NCBI RefSeq assembly: GCF_036321535.1
Contig: NC_087436.1
Location: forward strand, 70,930,001 to 70,994,000
Origin: Camelus dromedarius
Lineage: Eukaryota
Direction of reading: 5' to 3'
DNA: 64,000 nt
In this document: one piece after another, positions 24,025 to 36,912 of the stretch
Numbering within the stretch: position 1 is the first letter of the stretch
How the letters are laid out: each line of letters begins with the position of its first letter
The notes under the pieces: model-generated
Databases searched by the model: none
What the model saw: only the letters and a program-made list of their open reading frames with translations
Told to the model about the DNA's origin: nothing
Made by a program: the position numbers and the translations under genes

Positions 24025-24064
24025 CATATGCACAGTGATGTTCAGACAGGTTTTCCACAAAGCA
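24025..24064 (-). pseudogene. Exon-like segment, phase 0->1: CFVENLSEHHCAY(G)
   Basis: TTATAG| acceptor, ATG|GTACGT donor; 40 nt; joins the next exon in frame. Confidence 0.5.
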
Positions 24065-26809
24065 CTATAACTTAAGGCACTGTAAGGGTTGGTGAGTACT
24101 ACAACTACTATCTCTGTTTCCATCCAACTTGCAGAATTTTTTTTTAACCCTCATTTTGCTCGATATTGCTAGTTGCCCTTTCCCATACATGAATTTACCA
24201 AATTTCACAAAGCAAATATTTGTACTTAGAATGTCAGATACATAAAGACCCAAGTGCACCCTGGCATATTGGGAAAGTGGGGGAACACTGATATGCCATG
24301 TGATACTGCAGGAAAAGGGATTGTGCACATACTTTTCTTCTTTATTTCTAACAGAAGCTGGAACTCTGGCACGTAAGGGAAGAGGCTGAGTAGACTGATT
24401 AGGGCTTGAAAGTTTGGGGGGACCTGTTTGATAAGGGTCTTCAATAGGAGGGTCATAAACAATGTCGGGAACTTGACATTTCTGAATGAGAAGCATAGCA
24501 GGTCTCAGGTGGGGGAGGGAGGGCTGGAGGGAGATCACTGAACTGCCTTAGAGATGTTGCAGCACCTCTGTCAAGAAGAGGCCATTTCTCCCCTCTTCTC
24601 TCTCTTTGCAGATTCTTACTATCTTATTGGGCTGCTGCAGGTGCCTTTGATGTTGTCTGGCCCAACTATTTTATTTGGAAAACCAAGGTCCCAAGCTCTC
24701 ACTTGGTCCTCTTTACTTCTCTCACAATCTAATAATATCACCTCATTAGTTTCCGTGTCTCCTGCTTTTTCTTTACTGCAAGATGAGCTCCCCTGAAGCA
24801 CAGCTGTCATATCAGCATTCTACTCAAAAATGGCTGTCTTCATACAGTACAAAGTTCAAACTACATAGAATATTAAATAACTCCTAGCAGTTGACTTCAT
24901 CATCTCTCCATGTGCCTCATTTTCCTGATGGGAGGATTAAGAGCAATGCCCCAAACATAGTTAAGTGTTCAAGGAGCACTTGGTAATCCCCACCCCCTTC
25001 TCACCGTTACTCGTTCCTCTCTACGTCTGCTGTATTTGTACACTTCCCTCTATCTGCAGTGTCTTTTCCTCCATTTTTGTCTGGGCAATTCTATGGCACA
25101 TCCAAAGCCTTTCCTCACTTTTCTCATCCATATGTATGTCTCCTTTTTCGGTCCTCCCACTCTTTTCTTGGTACTATTGCTAATCCAGCTCTCACCACAT
25201 TCTACTCGTATTATGATTAGCTGCGTACACATTTAGGTGGATGGGAAAGGGGAGTTTTGCACTGTAGTCTCCATGATGGGGGGGATCATGTCTTGTTTCA
25301 TATAGAATATAGTGTATAACAAGTACTCAGTATATGTTAGAGGAATTGCCAAGATCTTATTGCTAAGGTATAAAGGAACATTTGTAGAGGGTGATTCTGG
25401 CCATTTTTTTTTTTCTGTTTCCTCAAATTAATATAATAGATGAAAGTGGCAATTCACACTTGGAAGGATTCATTGCTACTTATTTGAAAGAATTAAAATA
25501 CATTTAATATACTAAGATGTTTCACTTGTCTCATTCACTTAGTGTAGATGTATACAAGCTACATGTGAAAACAAATATCAGGGATATTTTTAATTCACTA
25601 AAAGTCAAATAGTGACACTGCAAAGATCAGAACTGTGGGGTCCTGACTCCCAGATCAGTGCTCCTTCTGTTCCTCTTCCTGCCAGATCCAGAGGCAAATG
25701 GACTCAGGAGGGAGATGAGCAGTTGTGGAGATAAGTGCTTTAGATTCTGGAGCAAAATACACTGAATATATTTTTCTTGTTCTTTTTAGCCTCCCCCAAA
25801 GTAATTCCCAGATTATTATTCCACAAGTTTAGCCACTGAATTCAGCTCTACTCACACCAATTTAACACATTCTTTAACAGAAGTGACTGATTGTATGTCC
25901 TTCTGTCATGTTCTATAAAACACTCCCACACAGGTGCTAATAAACAGTGTATTGAAGCGGGATTTACAATTTGATGATCAAAGGAAAGACTCAATGATCA
26001 TGTGTATTCCTCTTCTGGATTAAGGAAAATTCACTCTAATTATTTTTTGGGTTTTTTTTCGTTTGTTTTTTTGATATGAGACAAAATTCTTGAAAAAGGA
26101 ATTGTCTCTTTGTCATGCTTGGGATCAATATACTTATAATTTGTGTGCTTAAAAGTGACCCTGGGATGTCACCAAACCAGTATATTATTTCTAAGTTCAG
26201 TGCAGTGAATGGGATTTGATTCTGTGCTTTTCAAGTGATGTATCTGAAAACATTGCCTACGGCACAGACAGATATTTTTTATTACTGACTATGTACTCAT
26301 ACCACTTTGTTTTTGGTATGGTTCATTCCTCAAGCACAAGCAAATAATAAGAAAAAGCACGGACAATTATTGAGAAAAATGCCCATAGGCACATAAATAG
26401 TGATTTTATGTAGCAGGCAGCACTTCCCCCTTCCCCTCCGAGTTGGAAGCCCAGCTCTCCTGGCCAAAGGGGGGTCAGCCGTCATCTTCCCAGCCACTTC
26501 TAGGTTATTCCAATCTCACAGAATGATTCTAGTTGAAGTTATTAAAAATCCCAACTCCCTCATTTTAGTTGAGATTTCAGTACTTTGGGGGAAGTATTTT
26601 TCTCAAACCTAGTTACCTTCGTTTTCCATTTTTCATGTCACTTTGTTTATAAACGTTCCACCCTCCTCAAGCCCCCAACCTCATCCCACATCATCATTCT
26701 CAACGACTTATCTTGAAACTCACTTCAGTGTGAAAATAAAGATTCTCAGGCAGAACTCTTTCAACATCCACAACCTCTGAATCAAAAAATGATACCCATA
26801 ATTTCCATA

Positions 26810-28000
26810 ACTTGGTTGAAAGTGTGTAGTTTCTTTCCACAATTTGGTGAATTTACCAGTTTTCTTTTTATTATTGATTTCTGACTTTATTCCATTGTGT
26901 TCAGAAGATACTTTGTATGGTATCTATCTCTTAATATCTATTGAGACTTAATTTGTGGCCTAGCCTGGAAAGTGTCCCATACGTACTGGAGAAGAATGTG
27001 TAGTCTGTTGCAGTTGGGTTGTGTTAGGTGTAATAAGTCTGTTAGATCTGGTTGGTTTATTGCATTTCTTTAAGTGCTCTATTTGTTTTTCTTCTGTCTG
27101 GCTATTCTATCCATTGCTATGAGAGAGGTATTGAAGTTGTCCACTGTTAAAGTAGAACTGCCCATTACTCCCCTTGATTCTGTGAGGTTTTGCTTTATAT
27201 AGTTTGATGGTCTGTCATAATTGTTATATCTTCTTGCTATATTGAATTTTTATTAACATGTCCTTTTTTTCTCTTGTAAACTTTTATAATTTAAAGTCCA
27301 TTTTTTCTGATAATAGTATAACTGCCACTCCTCCTTTTTAGTTACCATTTGCATGCAATATCTTTTTTTAAATCCTTTGACTTTCAACATGTTGCTGCTT
27401 TGGATCGCAAGTGAATCACTTGTAGACAGCATATAATTGGATCATGTGTTTTTATCCATTCTGTTAATCTGTCTTTTGACTGGAGAGCTTAATAAGTTAC
27501 ATTTAAAGTAGTCACTGATAAGGAGAGACTTGTTCCTGTCATTGTGCTATTTTTTTTTGTATGCCTTCGGACTTTTTGTCCCTCATTTCTTGCATTACTA
27601 TATTCTATTGTGTTTAGTTGATTTTTTTTGTAGTGAAATATTTAAATTCCTTTTTTTGTGTATTCCATAGCTATTTTTGTTACTATAGTGATTATAGTTA
27701 ACCTCCTAAAGTTATTACACTTTGATTTTAATTTTTACCAGCTTAATGTCAGTAACATATAATAATTCTGCTCCTTTACAGCTCCATCCCCACCCTTTAG
27801 CTGTTGATGTCACAAAATTACATCTTTAAACATTTTGAGCCTCCAAACACAAACTAATCATTTTAATGCATTAGTTTCTTAAATTATGTAGAAAACAAGA
27901 TTTTGAGTTATAAATCAAAGTTGTTGTAATATTAGCTTTTGCACTAATAATGGTTTTTAAGTGTATTAATTACTCCAGTCATGTAGAAAACATGGATTGC
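26810..28000 (-). mobile_element. Old L1M fragment
   Basis: Antisense L1 ORF2 5'/inter-ORF motifs (gaagaatgtgtagtctgttgcagttggg; cttgtagacagcatataattggatc). Confidence 0.85.
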
Positions 28001-28699
28001 TTGCAATTTCTGGTTATCATGTGCCTCAGTAAACATTTTTGTACTTCTCTTTTGGTGAATAAATGTGTTGAATATTTACCTTAGAATGGGACTGTCTGGT
28101 CTTTGCAATACTACTGTTACATGTTAACTCCATTTACCAATCCCTTAGACTACTAGGTGGTTGTTGTGCCTATATTTAAAATGACATTGTATGCTATTAT
28201 CATTTTCTGGATAGTTAATATTAGTTTATTTACTAGTAAATATATTCCTTATTATTCTCCTCACTACTTATTATTCTTCTCATTGCATTTTTAAATGATC
28301 ACAAATCAGTTTATTAGTCCTAAATTTTCCAATATTTATCTCAAACTCTGAGAATTAAAAGGAGAATAGAAAGGAAAGAGAACTCTCCCTTTTCCCTTCA
28401 ATCATATTTTCCTTAAACTTAAAGAAAAAGAAAACCCAAAACAGAAACAAGAAGCCAAAGCAAACACATCGTTCACCCAGTGCAACTATTGCCATTTTCA
28501 GATACTTCCAGCTTTTTTCTTCCTTGGGTAGAAGTTCCTCAAATGAGTGATTTGTGCATCTTGAACACTTTAAACACAGTTGAACTCACTTGCACCATGG
28601 TTTCATCCCCATTTTGTACCGTCTTGGCACTCAGCCAAAATGACCATGTTGTCTTGCTTCCCAAATACTTGGCCATATCCTCATTCTCTTCCTAATCCT

Positions 28700-29050
28700 T
28701 TTTTCTTTTTTTTTAATTGAAGCATAGTCAGTTATAATGTGTCAGTTTCTGGTGTACAGCATAATGTCCCAGTCATGCATATATATACACATATATTTGT
28801 TTTCATATTCTTTTTCATTAAAGGTTTTTATAAGATATTGAATATATTTCCCTGTGCTATACAGAAGAAATTTGGTTTTTTTTTAAAATCTATTTTTATA
28901 TATAGTGGTTAATCTTCGGAAATCTCAAACTCCCAAATTTATCCCTTCACATCCCCTTCCCTCCAGTAACCATAAGATTGTTTACTATGTCTGTGAGTCT
29001 GTTTCTGTTTTGTAGATGAGTTCATTAGTGTCCTCTTTTTTATTCTTTCT
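28700..29050 (-). mobile_element. Lineage-specific L1 3' end with poly-A
   Basis: T-tract then taattgaagcatagtcagttataatgtg...ccctgtgctatacag. Confidence 0.85.
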
Positions 29051-29350
29051 CGCATTTTAATGTTTCTGGATGAGATCATTTTCCTTGTACTTTATGAACT
29101 GCCTTTAGAATTTCTTTTAGTACATATCTGCTAGCAAAAAATTCTTTTAAGTTTTTGTTTGTCAAAAACTTCTTTTTTTAACCATAATTTTGGAGTATTT
29201 TCTCTAGTTTTAGAATTCAAGGTTGGCAGTTATTTTCTTTCAACACTTTAATGATGCTGTTCCCTTGCCTTCTGTCTTTGATCATTTCTTTTGACAGTTT
29301 AGCTGTCAAACTTATTGATGCCTTTTTGAAGTTACCTTGTATTCTAGATG
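29050..29350 (-). mobile_element. Old L1M ORF1 fragment
   Basis: Minus translation ...RRQGNSIIKVLKENNCQP, matches L1 ORF1p. Confidence 0.8.
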
Positions 29351-29379
29351 TTTTTAATCTAATAGAAGAAATAGAGAAG

Positions 29380-29560
29380 CATAAAAGGGATGGTAAGTGC
29401 AAGAAAAAGCCTGAAATACTTGAGAAACTGAAAGAACAGGGTTGCCATGTGCAGTGACTTAGAAGGAAAGTGGCTGAGTTTGGAGAGGTAGGCAGGGACC
29501 GCAGTACGCAGGACCTCTTGGTACATGAGAATGCTTGATGACTAAAGGAGAATATAATCT
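29380..29560 (-). mobile_element. L2 fragment
   Basis: ggagaggtaggcagggacc antisense L2 motif. Confidence 0.55.
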
Positions 29561-30946
29561 TGATAATCATATGTATCAGTAAAAAAATACACCAAAAAAA
29601 ATATTAGACAAATTTAAATGAAATTTTCAGTTTATTATCATGCTATTTTACTAATGAGAGAAATTGTTCTCTGTGTTTTTGTTTCTCTTTCTCTTAAGAT
29701 ACATTGTGTTCTAGTCAAAAAGATTATTTGTGGGAGGGTGTCATATATCCATATATCATTAATGATAGTCACTATTTAATTTTAATTTTAAAATGTAACT
29801 TAGAAGGCCAGTATAGGTGAAGATGAAAAATGCTCAAGTGGGACAAAGGATAACAATGAGATTTTTCTTAGGAAATGTGCTACATTGTTTTGAAGTGGTC
29901 AACCCAAATAGGAAACACTGGTTATTTTTTGTAATGTAAGAGGAATTATCCATTTTGCTGCGTGTGTAGGACTTTTGGAAATGTTTAAGATTTCACAGCA
30001 AATGTTAATAGTTTATCTCTAGCATTGTCAGTATGACACTCAGGGATAATTTTGTATGCTTATTTCTTTCTGATTTGATCTATAGTCATCTTTTCTTGTT
30101 TTTAGACATGTGTGTTAGGCTTACTATGTATTTAATTTACGGGATGGTCTCTTTATATTTCATTTAAAATTAAGAATTTAGAATTAAGAATTAAAATTAG
30201 GAATATTATTGATGGCACTTATAGCCCCATACCAACATGATACAGTATTTATTTAGAAGTTTAAAAATACACTGTATTAAGAAACATACTGATTGGTTTT
30301 CTTTTGAATAAACTTAAGATGGACTATAGGCTGAATATTAATAAAGAATCAATGATGTAAATTATTATATTTTTCATAAATAAGTGAAATTAAAATACAT
30401 TATTTAAATTAAAATTGGGATGGTTTGAATATTGTTCTGCATAGATACAGATTAGAATAGACCAAATTTTGATAACATTTCGAGGTGATTTAAAGTTGAT
30501 TCTGTGATTCTATGCTTGAATATTTCTCATGATTGTATGCATAGAACTGTGCCAGGTAAATAGTAAATACCATTTATTAAGGGCATGCCACTTCCAGACT
30601 TGTACTGAGTGTTTTGCCTAAGACATTTTATTTTTAAGTAGTTCAAGCAATGTTTATTTGAAGAAGGTATCTCATTTTTATTGGCTTTACTATTGAACTT
30701 CATAGTAATGGTGAGGGGGGCCTGAGGCGTGTATTAAGGTACATATATTTTTTCCTAAATTCTTATTTTCCCTTAAAAAAATCACCAAGAATTAGTTTCA
30801 AGATTTGATTTTGTTTTTGCAAAGTTCTGTTTATCTTCCTATTATAGATCACCACATATGATTTTTATTATTTCTGTATTTTGTGGCTGATAGGTATATA
30901 AGTCATTTTAGCTTAAAGAACACTCTGTAGGCAAGAATATGCTTTA

Positions 30947-31117
30947 AGTAGTTCTCATACTTTAACGTGCCTCAGAGACATCTGGAAAACTTGCTAAACA
31001 CAGCTGTCTGGGCACAACCTCAGAGTTTCTGATTTAGCAGGTATGTGGCAAAATTTGCAATTTCTCAGGTGTTGGTGATGCTTCTGGTCTGGTTCTCCCA
31101 AGCTTTGAGAGCCCCTG
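30947..31117. mobile_element. MER5A (hAT-Charlie) MITE
   Basis: agtagttctcatacttt...cctcagagtttctgatttagcagg...ctttgagagcccctg. Confidence 0.8.
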
Positions 31118-31239
31118 CTCTATGAGCATCCAAAATGAGGGAGAGTTATGACATACTCTATCACTGTTATTTTTTCAGTGAGTTTTTTGCAATGTAGCTA
31201 AGTTACAGTTGTGCTTAATTTTAAAAATATCAGGGGCTT

Positions 31240-31440
31240 AAATATTACAAGCACTTTACGTGTATTGGCTTATCTAGCCTTCATTACAACACTGAGGTGA
31301 ATACTCTTATGAGTACAAATAAGCAGGGTAGGGCACAGAGAGGCTAAGTCATTTGTCCAAAGTCTGGCTAGAGTCAGGAATCAAACTCAGGCAGTCTGGT
31401 TCTCGAGATCATGTTCTTACTTGCTGTGCTATGCTGTGTC
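31240..31440 (-). mobile_element. MIR SINE
   Basis: ggcacagagaggctaagtcatttgtccaa...caggcagtctgg. Confidence 0.75.
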
Positions 31441-31894
31441 CCTATGTTAAATATTGGAATTATCATAGCATATGAGCTAACAGAAGACTGAGGCCCTGTA
31501 TTATGCTTCCTCATATCTGCTCTTTATACAGTGGTTGGTAAATCTGGGTCCTGCCTTAACCTCCTACTCATGTTTAGAGCATTGGTATCACAGTCTATTA
31601 AATTCACAATCTAGGGCTAACTTTTTGAAGAAAGTTTCAATGTCCTTTTCTACTCTTTAGTGGGAAAGATACTAATTTATAATCACCAGTTAGTCATTTA
31701 GAGATGGCATATCAAATGTTTCCATATTTATGGCTCTTTGAAAACATTCAGCTATGATGTGACATTAATTAAAAAGCTAACACTGAAGAAACTGAACCAA
31801 GAAGTATAACTCTTGGGCTGTTTTTGCTTTTTAGAGACATTGCCTAGTAAATGGTTACTAAGTTTAAATAAAAAACAGTATTTTTGTAAATTGA

Positions 31895-34800
31895 TTTTAT
31901 AATTTTTTGAAGTATAATTGAAAGACAATATTGTATGCATTTTAGTTGTACATCATAGTGATTTGTTATTTATATACATTTTGAAATGGTCACCAGGGCT
32001 TCTAGCTACTGTCTCCATACAAAGTTGTTGAAATATTATCGTCTGTATTCCTTACGTTGTACATCACTCCCTCAGTGGTTTGTTTATTTTATAACTGCAA
32101 GTCTGTAACTCTTAATCCCTTCAACTATTTCGCCTTCCCCACAAAACCCTTCTTCCCCTGCAACCACGTTTGTTTTCTGAATCTATAAGTCTGTTTTTCT
32201 CTTTTGTTTTGTTTGTTGTTTTTTAGATTCCACATATGAGATCATACAGTCTCTGTATTTCTCTGTATGACATTTCATTTTAACATAATACCTTCTAGAT
32301 ACATCTATGTTGTCCCAAGAGGCAAGATTTAAAATTTGTTTTATGGCTGACTAGTATTCCATTGTGTGTGTGTGTGTATATATACATATACCACATTTTT
32401 TTTAATCCATTCGTCTATCTATGGACACTTAGGTTGTTTCCATATCTTGCCTACTGTAAATAATGCTGCAATAAACATAGGTATATATTTATCATTTCCA
32501 GTTAGTATAAGTGTTTTCTTTGGATAAATAGACAGAAGTAGAATTGCTGGATTTTATAGTAGTTCTATTTTCAATTTTTGAGGAAAATCTGTACTGTTTT
32601 CCATAAGGGCTGCACCAATTTACATTTTCACCAACAGTGCATGAGGGTTCCCACTTCTGCACATCCTCGCCAGCACCTATTATCTGTTGTCTTTTTGATA
32701 ATTGTCATTGAGAGGTGTGGGGTGATATCTCACTGTGGTCTTGACTTGCATATCCCTGATGATTAGTGACGTTGAGCATCTTTTCACAAGCCTGTTGGCC
32801 ATCTGTATGACTTCTGTGGGGGAAAAATGTCAATTTGGGTCTTCTGCCCATTTTTCAACAGGGGTGTTTTTTGATTTTAAGTTGTATGAGTTTTTAAATA
32901 TTTTGGATATGAATCCTTTATTATATATATAATTTGAAAATATTTTTCCCATTCAGTAGTTTGCCATTTTGGTTTTTTTTAACATTGTTTTTATTGAGTT
33001 ATAGTCATTTTACAATGTTGTGTCAAATTCCAGTGTAGAGCACAATTTTTCAGTTATACATGAACATACATATATTCACTGTCAGATTTTTTTTGCTGTG
33101 AGCTACTGCAGGATCTTGTATATATTTCCCTGTGCTGTACAGCCATTTTGTTTTGTTGATTGTTTCCTTCATTGTGCAATGACTTTTAGTTTCATGTAAT
33201 TTCATTTTGTTTCTTTTGCTTTTATTGCCCTTGCCTGAGAAACAGGTTCCAAAAAATATCGCTAAGACCAGTGACAAAAGAACTTAATACTGATGTTTTC
33301 TTTTAGGAGTTTTATGGTTTCAGGTCTTATAGTCAAGTCTTTAATGCATTTTGAATTTATTTTTGTACATGGTGTAAGGTAGTGGTCCAGTTCATTCTTT
33401 TGCATGTATTTGTTCAGTTTTCCAAACACCATTTACTGAAGACACTATCTTTTCTTCATTTTATATTCTTGCCTCCTTTGTCATGGATTAATTGACCATA
33501 TGTGCATGGGTTTACTTTGGGGCTCTCTTTCCTGTTCCATTGACCTATGTCTGTTTTTGTGCCAGTACCATACTTTTTTGATTACTAAGCTTTGGAGTAT
33601 AGTCTGAAGTCAGAGCATGCAATACCTCCAGCTTTACTCTTTTTTCTCAAGATTTCTTTGGCATTTTGGGGTCTATAGTGATTCTATAAAATTTTAGGAT
33701 TATTTGTTCTAGTTTGGTGAAAAATGCCATGAGTATTGTGGTAAGCATTGCATTAAATCCATAGATTGCTTTGAGCAGTATGGACATTTTAACAATACTA
33801 ATTTTTCTGACCCCTGAGCATGGTATATCTTTCCATTTATTTATGTTGTCTTCAGTTTCTTTCATCAATATCTTAGTTTTCAGTGTGCAGATCTTTTATC
33901 TCTTGGTTAAATTATTCTAGGTATTTCATTCTTTCTGATGCAATCGTAAATGGGATTTTTAAAAATTTCACTTTCTGATAGATCATTACTAGTGTATAGA
34001 AATGCAACTGATTTCTGTTTATCAATTTTTATCCTGAAATTACTGACTTAATTCTAGTAGTTTCCTGGTATAGACTAAGAAACTAGTTTTCTATACACAG
34101 TATCATGTCATGTCAACTGTGAATAGTGGTAGTTGTATTCCTTTCCAATTTGGGTGCCCTTTTTTTTTTTTGCCTAATTGTGGTGGCAAGGACTTCCAAT
34201 AATACTATGTTAAATAAAAGTGTTGAGAGTAGACATCCTTGTCTTGTTCCTGATCTTGGGGAAGATGCTTCCAGTTTTTCACTAAAGGGTATGATGTTAG
34301 TTGTAGGTTGATCATATTTTGGTTTTTATTATGTTGAAGTACATTTCCTCTGTAACAACTTTGTTGAGAGTTTTTATCATAAGTGGATGTTGAGTTTTGT
34401 CAAGCAATTTTTCTGCATCTAATGAGATAATCATATGATTTTTATTCTTTGTTAATATGGTATATTTCATTGATTGAAATGTTGTGAATGTTGAACCATC
34501 CTTGCAAATCCAACTTGATTGTGGTGCATGATCCTTTTAATGTATTGTTGAATTTGGTTTGCTAATACTTTGAGGATTTTTGCATCTATGTTAATTAGTG
34601 ATATTGGCTGTAGTATGTGTGTGTGTGGTATGGTTGGTTTTGGTATCAGGAATGGTGGCCTTGTAAAGTGAGTTTGAAAATGTTTCTTCCTCTTTAATCT
34701 TTGGGAATAATTTAAGAAGAATTCAAGTGTTGGCTAGAATTCACCTGTGAGCCTGTCTTGTCCTGGAAATTTGTTGGGAATTTTTTTAAATTACTGATTC

Positions 34801-34950
34801 AATTTCTCTACTAGTAATTAGTCTATTCAGATTTTCTACTTCATGATTTAGTCTTGGAAGATTGTGTGTTTCCAGGAATTTATCCATCTTTTTCTTGGTT
34901 GTCCAATTCGTTGACATAAAATTGTTTGTAGTGGTTTGTATAATCCTTTG
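31895..34950 (-). mobile_element. 5'-truncated LINE-1 (3' UTR plus ORF2 part)
   Basis: ORF2 remnant KETEDNINKWKDIPCSGVRKISIVKMSIL; continuous antisense L1. Confidence 0.95.
32972..33141 (-). mobile_element. Nested young L1 3' end with TSD
   Basis: TSD gccattttg at 32963 and 33142; same tail sequence as 57252. Confidence 0.9.
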
Positions 34951-35146
34951 AATCACTGAAGCAGATTAGCTCTTTCTCCCATACAGGAACTTAAGAGGTG
35001 AAGTTACTTTTTCTAGCTTGTAAGGTATAGAGGACTTGAATCCAAATCTGTTTGATATAGTCATGGAGACTGTAAGTAGGAAAGTCCATGCACTTCCAAA
35101 CAGTAGTGAAAATTCCAGTCTCATAAGTAAACTCAAATTCTCTCAT

Positions 35147-35173
35147 TACACACACACACATACACACACACCA
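35147..35173 (+). repeat. (CA)n microsatellite, interrupted
   Basis: Directly visible. Confidence 0.85.
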
Positions 35174-35266
35174 CAAAATAATAATTAAAGGAACTTAAGA
35201 GGCTAAGACCTGTCTTACTGATTTAACTGGCTTTAGGTCCAGCTGGTTTTACCAAAAGGTTAGATG

Positions 35267-36556
35267 TGTTGATGAAAATAATTAATCAATAGTCAATCTA
35301 AGAAAGAAATGGAAATTTTTATTTGAGCTAAACTGAGGGTTATAACCTTGGAGGCAGTGTTTCAGAGAGCTCTGAGAACTCTGTGAAAAGGTAAAGGGGA
35401 GGCCAGTATCCATGTGATTTCGGTGAAGGGGGTATGTACAATTAAGCACACACCTGGCTAGAAGGTTCCTGCTAGTCATGAGGAACAGACATCTTAATTA
35501 ATGTTTTTAGTGCTTTTCTAAGTATGGGAAGATGTAAGAATCCAGGTTCACAAAAAATATCTCCTGAGAAATCTCTCTGAAATTCTGTTTCACCAGTTTT
35601 CTCAGAGCACAGAGTGCTTCATCCTGATCACTGCCCTGAGTTCCTTTCAGGGTGTCCTGTATGTCAGTGACTGCAGTGGCTAGTGACTTGATTCTTATAG
35701 AACTGATTAGTGGACAACACTTTATTCTACAGCCCCTTACCTTATGGTCTTAATTTTGGCCATGGTTTGGGAGGCATTTTGTGGCCAGTTTATCCCACAG
35801 TACTAGGAATGCTCATTCCTAGATCAGACAAGGATTTCGTTGATAGACCACTCAATATGCTATTACTGGATGAGGCCCTGTTAACAGTAGCCAAAAGCCC
35901 CTGGACCACCTGCCTTACCAGTCTGTTATAGTCCAGGAAATTGTTCCCTCTTGCTGCTTCTTCCCATGTCTAGAGTTACACTATTACAATCATTGATGTT
36001 ACAGGACTATATATTTGGTCAGTTGTTTCAAGTCACCTGATTATTATTCATTTTATTTGCAGCTCAGTCACACATTTGGTAATTCAGGAAACAATAATCT
36101 TATAAAATGGGTAGAATATAAGAAATATACCCAGTAACATTAATAAAGTCTTAAGTAAGTATTTAAGCTAAGAACTTCCATTAGGTGTGGCCCAGTACCT
36201 CCCCAGGTCATCTGATGAGTTTGTTCTGCACCAATTGCTATCTTAAAGGGAAATGATATATTGTCATTTTACATAAAGTTAGCCAAAGATGTCTGCATTA
36301 TGAAAGTTGACTGGTGGGTCATCGTGACTCCTTAGAGGATTGAGAAAGGAATGTTATCTTCTAAGGAGTGACAGAAGAAGAAAATTGACCTTTATGGTTG
36401 AGCAGGTATTGCTGCCTTTGAGGAGTTCTGCTTAACATGAAATGCAGAAGCACAATGCACACTAGAGGGCACAGGGAGGAGGCCAATGAGCAGAGACAAA
36501 GTTTTATCTTTAAATTTTTCTTGTCTTGCCTTAAAATGTGAACTTTTATTTCATCA
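35267..36556 (-). mobile_element. Long ERV1-type LTR element (1290 bp)
   Basis: TG...CA ends, inverted termini tgttgatgaaaataa / ttatttcatca, 4-bp TSD GATG. Confidence 0.8.
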
Positions 36557-36676
36557 GATGGATATTTGGAAATCTTTGTCAGGGGTGCAGATAGTAATGT
36601 TAATGTGAAAGTTGAATAAAACTAGATGAGTGTAGAAGGAACAAATTAATATTTTCCTTACAAAATTAAAGAGGTA

Positions 36677-36912
36677 GAGTTGCCTTTGAACAATATAGGT
36701 TTGAAGTGTGCAGGTCTACTTACACACACAGTTTTTTTCAAAAAACACCTACTACAGTACTACAGGATCCCAGATTGGTTGAATCCATGGGTGTGGAACT
36801 GGAGAAATGGAGGAACTGAAGAGAGGGAGGTCTGACTGTAAAGTTTTATTCAGATTTTCATCTGCATAGAGGATGGGCACCCCTAACCATTGCTTTGTTC
36901 AAGGGCCAACTA
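36677..36912. mobile_element. MER8-like Tigger MITE
   Basis: TIRs gagttgcctttgaacaa / ttgttcaagggccaacta, flanked by TA. Confidence 0.85.

Larger units (their letters stand above)
275..24064 (-). pseudogene. Disabled multi-exon protein-coding gene of unrecognised family (candidate unitary pseudogene); probably continues beyond the left window edge, 5' end not located
   Basis: About 16 minus-strand segments bounded by pyrimidine-rich AG acceptors and GT donors. Intron phases chain across consecutive exons (e.g. 16558>15548>15050>14834>14475>7420>7123). The reconstructed frame carries scattered stops and +/-1 frameshifts. Confidence 0.7.

Noticed and set aside
24065..24538. Longest ORF in the track (157 aa, minus)
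   Set aside because: No recognisable domain, partly L2-like sequence, no supporting splice structure; likely chance, though a short exon near 24333-24365 cannot be excluded.
29251..29457. Plus-strand exon-like EEIEKHKRDG with GTAAGT donor
   Set aside because: Lies at an L1/L2 junction; explained by repeat sequence.
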